This document shows, piece after piece, positions 43,417 through 52,867 of a DNA stretch of 64,000 nucleotides. A program made the position numbers and the translations under genes. The stretch's first letter is position 1. Each line of letters begins with the position of its first letter. This DNA comes from an uncultured Gammaproteobacteria bacterium (GTDB lineage Bacteria > Pseudomonadota > Gammaproteobacteria > JAURND01): contig CAVQQD010000002.1 of NCBI GenBank assembly GCA_963714975.1, forward strand, positions 608,001 through 672,000. The letters run 5' to 3'. The notes below the pieces were generated by a model, which saw only the letters and a program-made list of their open reading frames with translations, ran no database searches and was not told the DNA's origin.

Positions 43417-44853
43417 ATGTCATTTACAATACCTGATTTTGTGCCAGCGTTGCCTGAAATAGTAGTGCTTTGTATGGCATGTGTGATCTTGATCGTCGAT
43501 TTGTTTATTCCGAAGCGAGCGCGCTGGATTACCTATGGGTTGGTACAATTAACTTTAGTGATTGCTGCTGTTATTAGTCTTTGCCAATATGGACATCCTG
43601 CTGTCACGACATTCAATGGCACTTTTGTTTTAGATCGATTAGCCGTCATTTTGAAATTTTTTATTTATTTTTCATCCTTCATGGCTTTTGTCTATACCAG
43701 GGCTTATTTACCCAAGACGAATGTTCCTCAGGGAGAATATTATATTTTAGGCTTATTTTCAGTGTTAGGGATGATGGTGTTAGTTTCGGCAGCAAATTTC
43801 ATGACTTTATTTTTAGGTCTGGAGTTATTTTCCTTACCCTTATATGCCATGATTGCCTTGCGCCGTGATTCCGCTATTTGTGTTGAAGCCGCAATTAAAT
43901 ATTTTGTGATTGGTTCTTTAGCTTCTGGAATGTTGCTCTATGGTATGTCGATGTTTTATGGTGCGGCCAAGAGTTTAGATATTTATGCAGTGGCGAAGTT
44001 TATTGGCCAACCAGGAGAGCTTTACGGGATTTTAATGTTTGGTTTGGTATTTATTGTGACCGGAGTTGCTTTTAAATTAGGCTCGGTGCCGTTTCATATG
44101 TGGATCCCAGATGTGTATGAGGGATCTTCCTCTCCGGTGATTTTATTTTTGGGTTCAGCATCGAAGATCGCGGCCATTGGCTTAGCCTTTCGGTTATTGG
44201 TGGATGGCTTGTCGGGTTTAAGTCATCATTGGCAAGATTTATTAATTATTGTTTCCGTGCTGTCGATGGGCTTAGGGAATTTAGCAGCGATTGTGCAAAG
44301 TAATATCAAACGTATGTTGGCTTATTCTTCAATTGCGCACATGGGTTACATGATGTTAGGGCTATTAACCGCCACGCCGTCGGGCTATGGGGCAGCTTTA
44401 TTTTATATGATTACTTATGCCTTGATGACTCTTGGCGCCTTCGGTTTGGTGGTGATGATGAATTATTCCGGTTATGAGGCGAGTAAAATTGATGATTTGC
44501 GCGGGCTGAATAGCCGCAATCCTTGGTTAGCGTTGATGATGTTATTGACGATGTTTTCCTTGGCGGGCGTACCGCCCTTGGTAGGTTTCATGGCTAAAGT
44601 GTCGGTATTAGAAGCTTTAATTGAAGTGCATCTGGTATGGTTAGCCGCAGTGGCTTTATTATTTGCCATCATTGGGGCGTATTATTACATTCGCATTATC
44701 AAAGTGATGTATTTTGAAAATCCCCTAGAGGCACGACCCATCCGCTACTCCCGTGATATGCAAATTGCTTTGACTGTTAATGGCTTATTATTATTGATCC
44801 TCGGGATGGTCCCCGGCTTCTTATTTACCCTCTGCCAAAGCGCGTTTTCTTGA
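43417..44853 (+). CDS. nuoN: NADH-quinone oxidoreductase subunit N
   Basis: EAAIKYF, FKLGSVPFHMWIPDVYEG, KRMLAYSSIAH, SLAGVPP. Confidence 0.98.
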   Translation: MSFTIPDFVPALPEIVVLCMACVILIVDLFIPKRARWITYGLVQLTLVIAAVISLCQYGHPAVTTFNGTFVLDRLAVILKFFIYFSSFMAFVYTRAYLPKTNVPQGEYYILGLFSVLGMMVLVSAANFMTLFLGLELFSLPLYAMIALRRDSAICVEAAIKYFVIGSLASGMLLYGMSMFYGAAKSLDIYAVAKFIGQPGELYGILMFGLVFIVTGVAFKLGSVPFHMWIPDVYEGSSSPVILFLGSASKIAAIGLAFRLLVDGLSGLSHHWQDLLIIVSVLSMGLGNLAAIVQSNIKRMLAYSSIAHMGYMMLGLLTATPSGYGAALFYMITYALMTLGAFGLVVMMNYSGYEASKIDDLRGLNSRNPWLALMMLLTMFSLAGVPPLVGFMAKVSVLEALIEVHLVWLAAVALLFAIIGAYYYIRIIKVMYFENPLEARPIRYSRDMQIALTVNGLLLLILGMVPGFLFTLCQSAFS

Positions 44854-45044
44854 TGCTTGGGGGTGCAAAAATCCCCCTTCTCCCACAAGGGGAGAAGGAT
44901 ATATTACCCACTCAAAACTTCATAGAGCCATATTAATTAAACACAAATCACTTCAAAAATTACTAGACAATTAGATATAAATAAATTAGCATTCACCAAT
45001 TAATTAGGATCATCTAATCATCCACTTAGCCGAGGAGTTAACCC

Positions 45045-45587
45045 ATGAGTCGTGAATTATTAGAATTGAAAGCCGCCCTTCATAAGCTTGATGAGACCGA
45101 TTTAAGTCTTAGAAAGAAACATCAAAATGCTCAAAATGTATTAGGGCAGATAGAAAAATATTTAGAGGATGGATCACCTGATAATGAAACTAAAGCTTTA
45201 ATTAACACTGCACTAGAAAAGATCAAGGGAGTGGCTAAGCATTATGCCCAGAACTGGCATGACCATGACCATGACCATGACCATGATCATGAAATCTCGC
45301 CAGGTCAGCGGGGGTTGGCTGGTGCATGGTTTGTGGCTGCAATTGCGGGACCAATCGCGTCAAGCTATGCACCAGACGAAGTGACTCGACGAATTTTAAT
45401 GTTTTCACCTGTAGAATCATTCGCTCTCTTGGCGTTGTATATAGCTTTTCAGAACTGGCACAATGCTTCTGCTGAAGAAAAAGAGACTTTGAACAGAGTT
45501 AGAAAAATAGAAGAAAATTTTAATCAGAAGCCTGGGGAAGCACAATCAACTAACGGATGGAGTCTACTAACTGATTTCGTTTCCTAA
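45045..45587 (+). CDS. Two-TM hypothetical protein, paralog family member 1, with a His-Asp repeat
   Basis: Shares LMFSPV and NA.SEEKETL-type motifs with 48438-49016; GACCAT hexamer run at about 45258-45290. Confidence 0.75.
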   Translation: MSRELLELKAALHKLDETDLSLRKKHQNAQNVLGQIEKYLEDGSPDNETKALINTALEKIKGVAKHYAQNWHDHDHDHDHDHEISPGQRGLAGAWFVAAIAGPIASSYAPDEVTRRILMFSPVESFALLALYIAFQNWHNASAEEKETLNRVRKIEENFNQKPGEAQSTNGWSLLTDFVS

Positions 45588-45720
45588 TTCAGGGATTTAA
45601 TTTGTTGAGGAGTTCAAACATAATACCAGCCTTCTTTCCTTGCAGAATCCGCTTGTGAGCTCTTCTCGCTTATGCTACATTTTGTACAAGAATTTGTGTA
45701 CATAACATAGTGAGGAATTG

Positions 45721-45968
45721 ATGAAAACTTCTGTTCATGTGTTCATGAACTTAGAATATCAATGAAACGCATACTCGGTGTAGTTCAGCGTGGTCAAGTA
45801 GTGACTGTTTATTCCAGAAAGCTTCCTATTGCCAAAATTATTCCCATCAATAAACGACAGACTGAAATCCAGGAAGTAGGCTTCGGCATGTGGAAGGATT
45901 ATAGTGAAATTGCTGACGTCAATAAATATTTAAGAAAAATAAGGAAAGGACGACAGCATGATATTTGA
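45721..45968 (+). pseudogene. Phd/YefM-type antitoxin with an 8-bp duplication frameshift near the start
   Basis: Removing one TGTTCATG (45732-45747) gives MKTSVHELRISMKRILGVVQRGQVVTV..PIAKIIP..FGMWKD. Confidence 0.75.
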
Positions 45969-46173
45969 TACAGATGTACTTATTTGGTATTTTCGAGGTA
46001 ATAATAAGGCCAGGGAAGCCGTGTATGAAACAAGTGAAATTGGTATAAGTGCTGTTACATTAATGGAATTAATCCAAGGTGTCAGAAATAAACAAGAGCT
46101 TCAGTTGCTGCATAAATTTCTAACAACTAATTCCATCCGAGTTTTTTATTTGACATCCTTGTATCTTAATTCC

Positions 46174-46370
46174 AATCACTCAATGTGGTTAAATATCCAA
46201 GGGCACTTGGATAGGGGTAAATATGCCGGTGACATCCTAAGGCATTAAGCCTGTAGAGGAGATTTTAGCAATTTACCCCGTACTTTATTCATACAGACCG
46301 GACGGTATCTTAGGACTTGAGGTAAATATCAATGATCCTGTATTCACAAGGTTGGTCCGAATAAAGCTAT
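46174..46370 (+). ncRNA. Bridge RNA (5' hairpin, target-binding loop, donor-binding loop)
   Basis: LTG TGACATCCT 46230-38, RTG GAGGAG 46256-61, LDG GACGGTATCT 46301-10, RDG ACAAG 46346-50; closing stems GGGGTAAAT/ATTTACCCC and CTTTATTC/GAATAAAG; 5' and 3' ends approximate. Confidence 0.88.
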
Positions 46371-46401
46371 CCAAGCTATTCGCAACATGTAGGATACTAC
46401 T

Positions 46402-47367
46402 ATGAAGAAAGCATTTCTAGGCATTGATATCAGTAAAAATACATTTGATGTAGCTGTGCTAATGGAAGATAAGATAAAAACTCAAAAATTCAACAATAAC
46501 GAGCAAGGCTTTAATAAATTACTTGTATGGCTAAACCAGAAGGAAATCGTGTTGTCTCAAGCTTGTATGGAAGCAATCAGTATTTACGGGCAGGCATTAG
46601 CCGAATTTCTTTATGCTCAAGAAATCCCTATAAGCGTTGTTAATCCTGCGAGAATTAAAGGATTTTCTCAAAGTGAATTAGCCCGCTCTAAAAATGATAT
46701 TCTTGATGCAAAATTAATTGCAAGATTTTGTAAGTTGATAGGCCCAGAATTATGGCAACCAACTCCTGAACCGATTAAAATATTACAGCAATGGGTTAGG
46801 AGATTGGATGATTTAATCGCTATGCACAGACAAGAAGAAAACCGATTAGAAGTTTCTGATCATTGTTTAAAGGAGCACATACAAGAGAACATTAGCCACT
46901 TAGAAAACAATATTAAGGAAGTTAAAAATGTCATTAAAAATCACATAAATAGCGATCCTGACATGAAGAAAAAAAGCAAGCTATTGCAATCTATTCCTGG
47001 TATTGGAGAAGCAACTACAGCGCAGATATTGGCTTTTATTGGGAATGTGAGTAAATTCAATAATGCGAAAGAATTGGCGGCATTCGTTGGTCTTAATCCC
47101 AAGCAACGACAATCAGGAACCTCTATCAATGGTAGAGCTAGACTCTCTAAAACAGGTGATTCGGCTCTAAGAAAAGCATTTTATATGCCCGCTGTTGTCG
47201 CCATGAGACATAACCCAATACTCAGAAATTTTTCTATGCGACTAGAAAAAACCGGCAAACACAAAATGGTTATTATTGGCGCAGTAATGAGAAAGCTTGT
47301 TCATATGATTTACGGGATACTAAAATCTGAAACCGTGTTTGATCAAAATATATTAAAATTAGCTTGA
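46402..47367 (+). CDS. IS110 family DEDD recombinase/transposase
   Basis: GIDISK, CMEA, VVNPARIK, KNDILDA, SIPGIG, GLNP..RQSGTS, GAVMRKL. Confidence 0.96.
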   Translation: MKKAFLGIDISKNTFDVAVLMEDKIKTQKFNNNEQGFNKLLVWLNQKEIVLSQACMEAISIYGQALAEFLYAQEIPISVVNPARIKGFSQSELARSKNDILDAKLIARFCKLIGPELWQPTPEPIKILQQWVRRLDDLIAMHRQEENRLEVSDHCLKEHIQENISHLENNIKEVKNVIKNHINSDPDMKKKSKLLQSIPGIGEATTAQILAFIGNVSKFNNAKELAAFVGLNPKQRQSGTSINGRARLSKTGDSALRKAFYMPAVVAMRHNPILRNFSMRLEKTGKHKMVIIGAVMRKLVHMIYGILKSETVFDQNILKLA

Positions 47368-48437
47368 CAGATGAGACGGTATCTCCTCGCCCTAAAGGGC
47401 GAGGATTCCTACTGCGGTTACGCAACTTGTGCGCAACTCGCTTCGGTGGGTTCTTGCTTCCTCGAGCGACCTGACTGCGTCTTCTCTCCACAAGCTAGCA
47501 AGCGGTGCCCCCGCTCTAAAATATTGATCGCGGCCAACCACATCGGCATGGTGGCTATAGCCACAACGCACGCACGCAAACTCAGCTTGCGTTTTGCGAT
47601 TGTCTGCACAAACGTGCTGACAGGCAGGACAGGTTCGACTGGTATTTTTCGGATCCACCGCCAGAAAAATGCCACCGTCAATACCCATATCAATACCCAC
47701 TGGGGTAGTAGCTGTTGGCAAGGGTTGACTCTCTTCACGCTCGGTCTGCACTGATACAAACCACAAGCCATTGCATTGCTTAACGATGACGTTTTTAATT
47801 TTCCCTACTACATCGCGACTGTTGCGATAGCGTATCCATCCCAATTTTGGCAGAAAAATACGGTTATTATCTTGATCCAGCTTAAACCCTTTGAAAACGA
47901 AAACTATCTGATGAGTGAGCTTTTTTCTTGAATTTGGGGAAAGCAGCACGGTGGGCGAAGAAGTTTTTAAATCGATCAAGGTCCTTAGTGATTGTTGAAG
48001 GTTGGGAAGGCGATTGTTGCAGGTAGGGCATTTCTTTTTTCCATAGAAGAAATTAATTTACATGCTATCCATCTTTTAGAAGACTATGTACTTTCTGATG
48101 GAATTGAGTTGGCTGATGCGCTAATAGCAGCAACCTCCTTGCACTACGGTGAAGAGATACTTACTTCAAATATTAAACATTATCGTTGTTTGCCCAATTT
48201 AGTTTTAAACAAATTCGTTCCAGCCTAGTCACCTATCTGAGTCTTAAATGAGCTGTCTGCATCGGCTAGGTCTGGTCACAGGCTCTCAGCTCGCGTCCAC
48301 ACGATTGGAGGGATGTGGGGGGTGGTAATTAATTACAAATTCACCCACAAAATTGCTAGACAACTCAGTATGGATAAGTTAATCTTTTGCGACTTTGCAG
48401 GATCCATTCCAATCATCACCTAGCCGAGGAGTAAACT

Positions 48438-49016
48438 ATGAGTACTGAAACGCGAGAACAGCAGCTGAAAAAGGCTATTAAACCGCTTGAAAAGCTTGTT
48501 CATTCATCATTATCTGAGCGGAGCCGCTTTGAACCTATTGCACAACAACATCGAATTGCTCAAAGCGCATTAAAAGTGATAGAGGACTATGAGCCTAATT
48601 CTGAAACAGATTCACAGACTAAGGCCGAAATTCAGCAGGCACTACTAGAGATAAAAAAAGTAGCCAATGACTATGCTCAGCTATGGGAAGAGCATGAAAG
48701 TTCAACGCAGAGTTCAGTAGTAGCTTGTCTGTTCTGGGGAGCTGCTTCAATTGCTGGACCCGTAGTAGGAGCGGAAATTATTGAATCCAATCCGTTGGTC
48801 GGTCATGTTTTAATGTTTTCACCTGTAATATCATTTGCCCTAATGGCGATCTGTCTCTTTTTAACCAAGTGGAATAATGCTTACTCTGAAGAAAAAGAGA
48901 CTTTAAAAAGAATTGAAACAATTCAAGAAAATCTCAATAAGCAGTCTCAGCTTCAGTCGAAGCTTGACGAATCTGGTAATGATGGGCGCACTTTTCCATT
49001 AACTAGTGTTGTCTAA
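48438..49016 (+). CDS. Two-TM hypothetical protein, paralog family member 2
   Basis: Homologous to 45045-45587, including about 115 bp of upstream DNA. Confidence 0.75.
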   Translation: MSTETREQQLKKAIKPLEKLVHSSLSERSRFEPIAQQHRIAQSALKVIEDYEPNSETDSQTKAEIQQALLEIKKVANDYAQLWEEHESSTQSSVVACLFWGAASIAGPVVGAEIIESNPLVGHVLMFSPVISFALMAICLFLTKWNNAYSEEKETLKRIETIQENLNKQSQLQSKLDESGNDGRTFPLTSVV

Positions 49017-49039
49017 TTCAATACATTTTCGTACTCCGC

Positions 49040-49157
49040 AGGTGTCATCCCGAGCGAAGCGAGGGATCTCATGAATGTGGCAAAGCATATGATAAAAAAT
49101 CTGTATGGGACTCTTCTTTAAACAGCGAGATCCCTCGCTTCGCTCGGGATGACACCT
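49040..49157. repeat. Perfect 31-bp inverted repeat (GTCATCCCGAGCGAAGCGAGGGATCTC family)
   Basis: Arms at 49040-49070 and 49127-49157; partial extra arms to about 49192. Confidence 0.9.
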
Positions 49158-49312
49158 CTGGGGCGGGATGACATTCGCTCGGGATGGCACCTGGGAGTTA
49201 CACATTTTCTGGCATAACAGCCCGGTAATTATTTGCACTAGGCTGTTGTTTTGGGAGGGGCTTAGATTCCTCCCGTCTTAATTACTAATAATAATATTTA
49301 GGAACTTAGCTT

Positions 49313-49954
49313 ATGACTCTTCGGCAATTGCAAAACATTCTTAATACTCTTAATAATCCCACAGCTGCAATTATGCGCCAATATTCTACGTATCAATATG
49401 CCAGAGGCGTATTAATAGCGTTGGAAAATAGTTTAAATCCCAATATAAATAATCCAATACCTAATAATCAAGTTGAAGTGATGAGAGCTATATTAAGTAA
49501 GATAAAGCAAGAGGCTCGACACTATGCTTGCCAATGGTACAAGCGTATTGGTTCATGCAAAAATTTAGCTACAATACTGGCGGTAACTATATGTTCGGCA
49601 GTTGTGGCTACAGCCGGATTTTTAGGAACGATGTTTGCAGTTGGACTTGCGCCGGGCGCATTGTATTTTTGGTTTCTCCCTGTGGTGGGATTAGTGGGGG
49701 CAAGTGTATATGTCTCTTTAAGAGAGGGGGTCAGAGCGCTTACTGAACTGAGAGATATATTTCGCAGAGTTGGCATTTTAGAACGAAACCTGAACCTAAA
49801 TGTTGAGCAGCCTCAGCAACTTCGTGAGGAATCGGAATCTAAGTGGGAATCTAAACGGGGATCTGAGGTAGAATTAGTGTCATTTTCCAATCATCCTCCC
49901 GATCCTCCTGATTCTGAGCGAGGAATAACGCTACCTGGCGCTCTTACGGTATAG
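49313..49954 (+). CDS. Two-TM hypothetical protein, divergent family member 3
   Basis: ILSKIKQEARHYACQW resembles ALEKIKGVAKHYAQNW; TM hairpin; acidic tail. Confidence 0.65.
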   Translation: MTLRQLQNILNTLNNPTAAIMRQYSTYQYARGVLIALENSLNPNINNPIPNNQVEVMRAILSKIKQEARHYACQWYKRIGSCKNLATILAVTICSAVVATAGFLGTMFAVGLAPGALYFWFLPVVGLVGASVYVSLREGVRALTELRDIFRRVGILERNLNLNVEQPQQLREESESKWESKRGSEVELVSFSNHPPDPPDSERGITLPGALTV

Positions 49955-50012
49955 TAATTCGCCAGCTATTTGTTACAGTTTCCTTTCCCTTGTCTCGTAG
50001 GTTGCTACGCCA

Positions 50013-50354
50013 ATGAAAGGTTTCGCTTTAATTGAAATATTGCTGACACTGTTTATTCTTTCCTTTGCTTTGTTGGCTTTGGCCGGGATGCAAATGTCAG
50101 CTTTACGTCACAGCCAAGCGGCTTATCTGCGCAGTTTGGCTCTGGTGCAATTATCTTCACTTATTGACCGTTTGCAGGTAAATCACCCAAGCTTGCATAA
50201 TGCGGAATTAGCCCGTTGGAATGCGCAAAACGCTCGTTTATTACCTAAAGCCCAAGGCTCTTACCATTGTCTTGGTGTGACTTGCGCAGTAAGCTTGAAT
50301 TGGCAATTTGGGCAGCTAGAGCAAGCGACTTTGTCAATTACTTTGCGAGAATAA
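50013..50354 (+). CDS. pilV: Type IV minor pilin PilV-like
   Basis: MKGFALIE prepilin cleavage motif; LALAGMQMSALR..AYLRS. Confidence 0.8.
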   Translation: MKGFALIEILLTLFILSFALLALAGMQMSALRHSQAAYLRSLALVQLSSLIDRLQVNHPSLHNAELARWNAQNARLLPKAQGSYHCLGVTCAVSLNWQFGQLEQATLSITLRE

Positions 50355-50355
50355 G

Positions 50356-51069
50356 ATGTGGCAGCAGAGAGGCTTTTCATTACTCGAAGCTATGTTAGCT
50401 TGTAGTTTGGGATCATTTTTATTATTGGGCTTGTTGCAAATTTATTGGACCGTGCATACTAATTTACCGCTGCAACAAGCGATTGCTAGTATGCAAGAAA
50501 ATGGTCGTTTTGCCAGCCATTTATTGCGACAAGCTATCGCCATGGCGGGCGATGCCCGTTGTGTTTCTCCGCCTCCTTTCGTAAATCACCACCTTGCTAT
50601 TCGCGGTTACGAAAATACTGTGCCGGAATTTCTGCGGGGTAAAGTGATGCCGTCTACCGACAGCTTAGTGGTTGGTCGTTGTCAAACTGTTGAAGGAAAA
50701 GCCCAGTTTGCGCAATACGGATATTTTATTGGCAAAACCATTCGCAAAAATTTGCAAGACGAATTTGTGGCAGCTTTGTATGAATCACCGGTGGTTGGCT
50801 ATAAACAAGAATTAATTCCAAATGTGAAAGCAATGAAAATTCATTATGGCATAGCAAGTCATGATGGCAAGTTTATTGAAGCTTACCAGCCGGCTTCTGC
50901 TATTACTGATTGGTCGCGAGTTAAAATTGTTGCTATAGCTTTATTGCTGAGTTCGGAAAAGCCGGTATTATCAAAGCCGATTCCCTATGAATTTGCTGGT
51001 CAAACTTTTCCACCAAGTCGTTTTTTACATCGTGAATGGGATATTGATATTGCATTACAGGAAGGATAA
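50356..51069 (+). CDS. pilW: Type IV minor pilin PilW-like
   Basis: QRGFSLLE motif; MQENGRFA; MKIHYG; DWSRVKIVAIALL. Confidence 0.8.
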   Translation: MWQQRGFSLLEAMLACSLGSFLLLGLLQIYWTVHTNLPLQQAIASMQENGRFASHLLRQAIAMAGDARCVSPPPFVNHHLAIRGYENTVPEFLRGKVMPSTDSLVVGRCQTVEGKAQFAQYGYFIGKTIRKNLQDEFVAALYESPVVGYKQELIPNVKAMKIHYGIASHDGKFIEAYQPASAITDWSRVKIVAIALLLSSEKPVLSKPIPYEFAGQTFPPSRFLHREWDIDIALQEG

Positions 51070-51181
51070 TTCTAGGATTTGAATCCGCCGGAGAGGTTTT
51101 TAATGTTATCCTCCTGCGCCGTAAAACCCCGTCATTCATGACGAGGATATAAGGCGCACAACCGCGAAGCGAAGTGAGCGC

Positions 51182-51595
51182 TTAGTGGGGAGAGTTCTGT
51201 TGCTCGATATAGTGTCGAATGACAGAGATGGGCGCTCCTCCACAGGAAGCAGCAAAGTAACTGGGAGACCACAGTACTCCTTTCCAATAACACTGCAGAT
51301 TTTGAGAGTGTGCTTGGCGAAGGCGACGAGAAGAAACGCCTTTGAGGCTATTGACTAACCGTGACAACGATATTTTGGGTGGATAATTAACCAATAAGTG
51401 CACATGGTCACGCTCTCCTTCCATTTCGACCAATGTCGCGTCAAAGTCTTCGCAGACACTATAAAATACTTCACTCAAGAGCTCTAGCATGGGTTTTGTA
51501 AAAACACATTTGCGATACTTTGTCACAAATACCAAGTGAGCATGTAAATTAAAAACACAATGTCTGCCGTGTCGGATGTCTATTGAACTATTCAT
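51182..51595 (-). CDS. tnpA: IS200/IS605 Y1 transposase TnpA
   Basis: HLVFVTKYR, DHVHLL (HUH), LKGVSSR, LWSPSYF, YIEQQ. Confidence 0.97.
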   Translation of the reverse strand: MNSSIDIRHGRHCVFNLHAHLVFVTKYRKCVFTKPMLELLSEVFYSVCEDFDATLVEMEGERDHVHLLVNYPPKISLSRLVNSLKGVSSRRLRQAHSQNLQCYWKGVLWSPSYFAASCGGAPISVIRHYIEQQNSPH

Positions 51596-51621
51596 AGACC
51601 AATAGTATATTCATTGGTACT

Positions 51622-52794
51622 ATGAAAATCAAAAAAGCCTATCGTTTTCGCTTAAAACCCAGCCAAGAGATTGAGCAGCAACTGTCCGCTTATGCAGGAC
51701 ATTGTCGATTTGTATGGAATAAATGTTGCCGCATGAATTTGGAACGCTTGCAACGACAGGAGCGTATTCTGCGCTATGCAGAATTTGATTTTTGGGTGAA
51801 GCAATGGAAGCAATCTGCAGAATATGGTTTTTTGAAAGAATGTCCAGCACATATCGTGCAACAAAAATTGCGTGATTTAGATCGAGCATTTTCCGATGCA
51901 TTTGACAAAACGCAGCCAAATAAACGATTACCTCGCTTCAAGAAAAAAGGTCGTCACGATAGTTTTCGATTTCCGGAGCCGAAGCAAATCGAATTAGAAG
52001 GCAACCGTCTGAAATTACCGAAATTAGGTTGGATTCATTTTTACCGAAGCCAGGAGGTCATAGGGGACATACGAAATGTGACGGTATCGCGGCAAGGAAA
52101 ACATTGGTATATCAGTATCCAAGTACAACAAGACATCTCTTCGCAGTCAACAGCAGTCGATAGCGTAGGTATAGACGCAGGCATTGCAAAATTCGCGACC
52201 CTATCCAATGGTGACACTATAGAATCCTTGAATAGTTTTAGGCAGATAGAAAAAAGATTAGGGATAGAACAGCGCAAATTAGCGAAGAAGCAAAAATTTT
52301 CTGGGCGATGGAAGAAGCAAGTGGCTCGAGTAGGGGCACTGCATCAAAAAGCATCGAACATGAGACGAGATTTTTTACACAAGACTACAACCCGCATCAG
52401 CAAAAGCCACGCGGTAGTGGTTGTGGAAGATTTGCAAGTAAAAAATATGAGTCGATCCGCATCGGGAGACTTACAAAATCCCGGGGTGAATGTTGCTGCG
52501 AAGTCTGGATTAAACAAGGCGATATTAGACCAGGGCTGGTATGAATTCAGGCGACAATTGGGATATAAGCTGACGTGGAATGGAGGGATGTTCATTGAAG
52601 TATCACCCCACTATACCAGCCAGCGTTGTTCTCATTGTTTGCATGTTGCCAAGGAAAACCGTCAGACCCAAAGTGAATTTGTGTGTGTATCGTGCGGATA
52701 TGCAGCAAATGCTGATTTGAACGCGGCGAAAAATATTTTAGCAGCAGGGCATGCTGTGATGGCTCGTGGAGCAAGCGCGTTGGGTGCGGCGTAG
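51622..52794 (+). CDS. tnpB: RNA-guided endonuclease TnpB
   Basis: GIDAG / VEDL / NADLNAAKNI; CSHC..CVSC. Confidence 0.96.
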   Translation: MKIKKAYRFRLKPSQEIEQQLSAYAGHCRFVWNKCCRMNLERLQRQERILRYAEFDFWVKQWKQSAEYGFLKECPAHIVQQKLRDLDRAFSDAFDKTQPNKRLPRFKKKGRHDSFRFPEPKQIELEGNRLKLPKLGWIHFYRSQEVIGDIRNVTVSRQGKHWYISIQVQQDISSQSTAVDSVGIDAGIAKFATLSNGDTIESLNSFRQIEKRLGIEQRKLAKKQKFSGRWKKQVARVGALHQKASNMRRDFLHKTTTRISKSHAVVVVEDLQVKNMSRSASGDLQNPGVNVAAKSGLNKAILDQGWYEFRRQLGYKLTWNGGMFIEVSPHYTSQRCSHCLHVAKENRQTQSEFVCVSCGYAANADLNAAKNILAAGHAVMARGASALGAA

Positions 52795-52867
52795 AAACGA
52801 GAACCTCATACTCGTGGCACAGCCACATGTATGGAATCTCCGGCATTTATGCCGGAGAGGATGTCAA

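Larger units (their letters stand above)
46160..47384 (+). mobile_element. IS110-family (IS621-like) bridge-recombinase element
   Basis: CT core on both sides (46158-59 and 47383-84); rejoined ends give donor ACGGTATCTTGTAT; long non-coding left end. Confidence 0.95.
46150..48045 (-). mobile_element. Decayed IS605/tnpB copy of the 1398-2806 element, inverted, with its right end interrupted by IS110
   Basis: 47385-48045 is the reverse complement of about 1737-2795 with an internal deletion (junction near 47678) and small indels; terminal TTGACATCCT at 46150-46159; left end missing. Confidence 0.9.
45958..48228 (+). pseudogene. vapC: VapC PIN-domain toxin split by a nested IS605 remnant and IS110
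   Basis: N part 45958-46149 (IFDTDVLI..SAVTLMEL..RVFY); C part from about 48046 (EEIN..ADALIAAT..LTSNIKHY). Confidence 0.88.
51110..52867 (+). mobile_element. Complete IS605-type element (divergent tnpA + tnpB)
   Basis: Follows TTAT; left-end hairpin similar to that at 1398; right end CTCCGGCATTTATGCCGGAGAGGATGTCAA. Confidence 0.93.

Noticed and set aside
47273-48045. ORFs 47273-47491, 47371-47754, 47392-47979 and 47418-47771 as genes
   Set aside because: They are frames of the decayed tnpB copy or its antisense strand
48999-49238. 79-aa ORF as a protein gene
   Set aside because: It is a translation of the palindromic repeat (RCHPERSEGS..EIPRFARDD)
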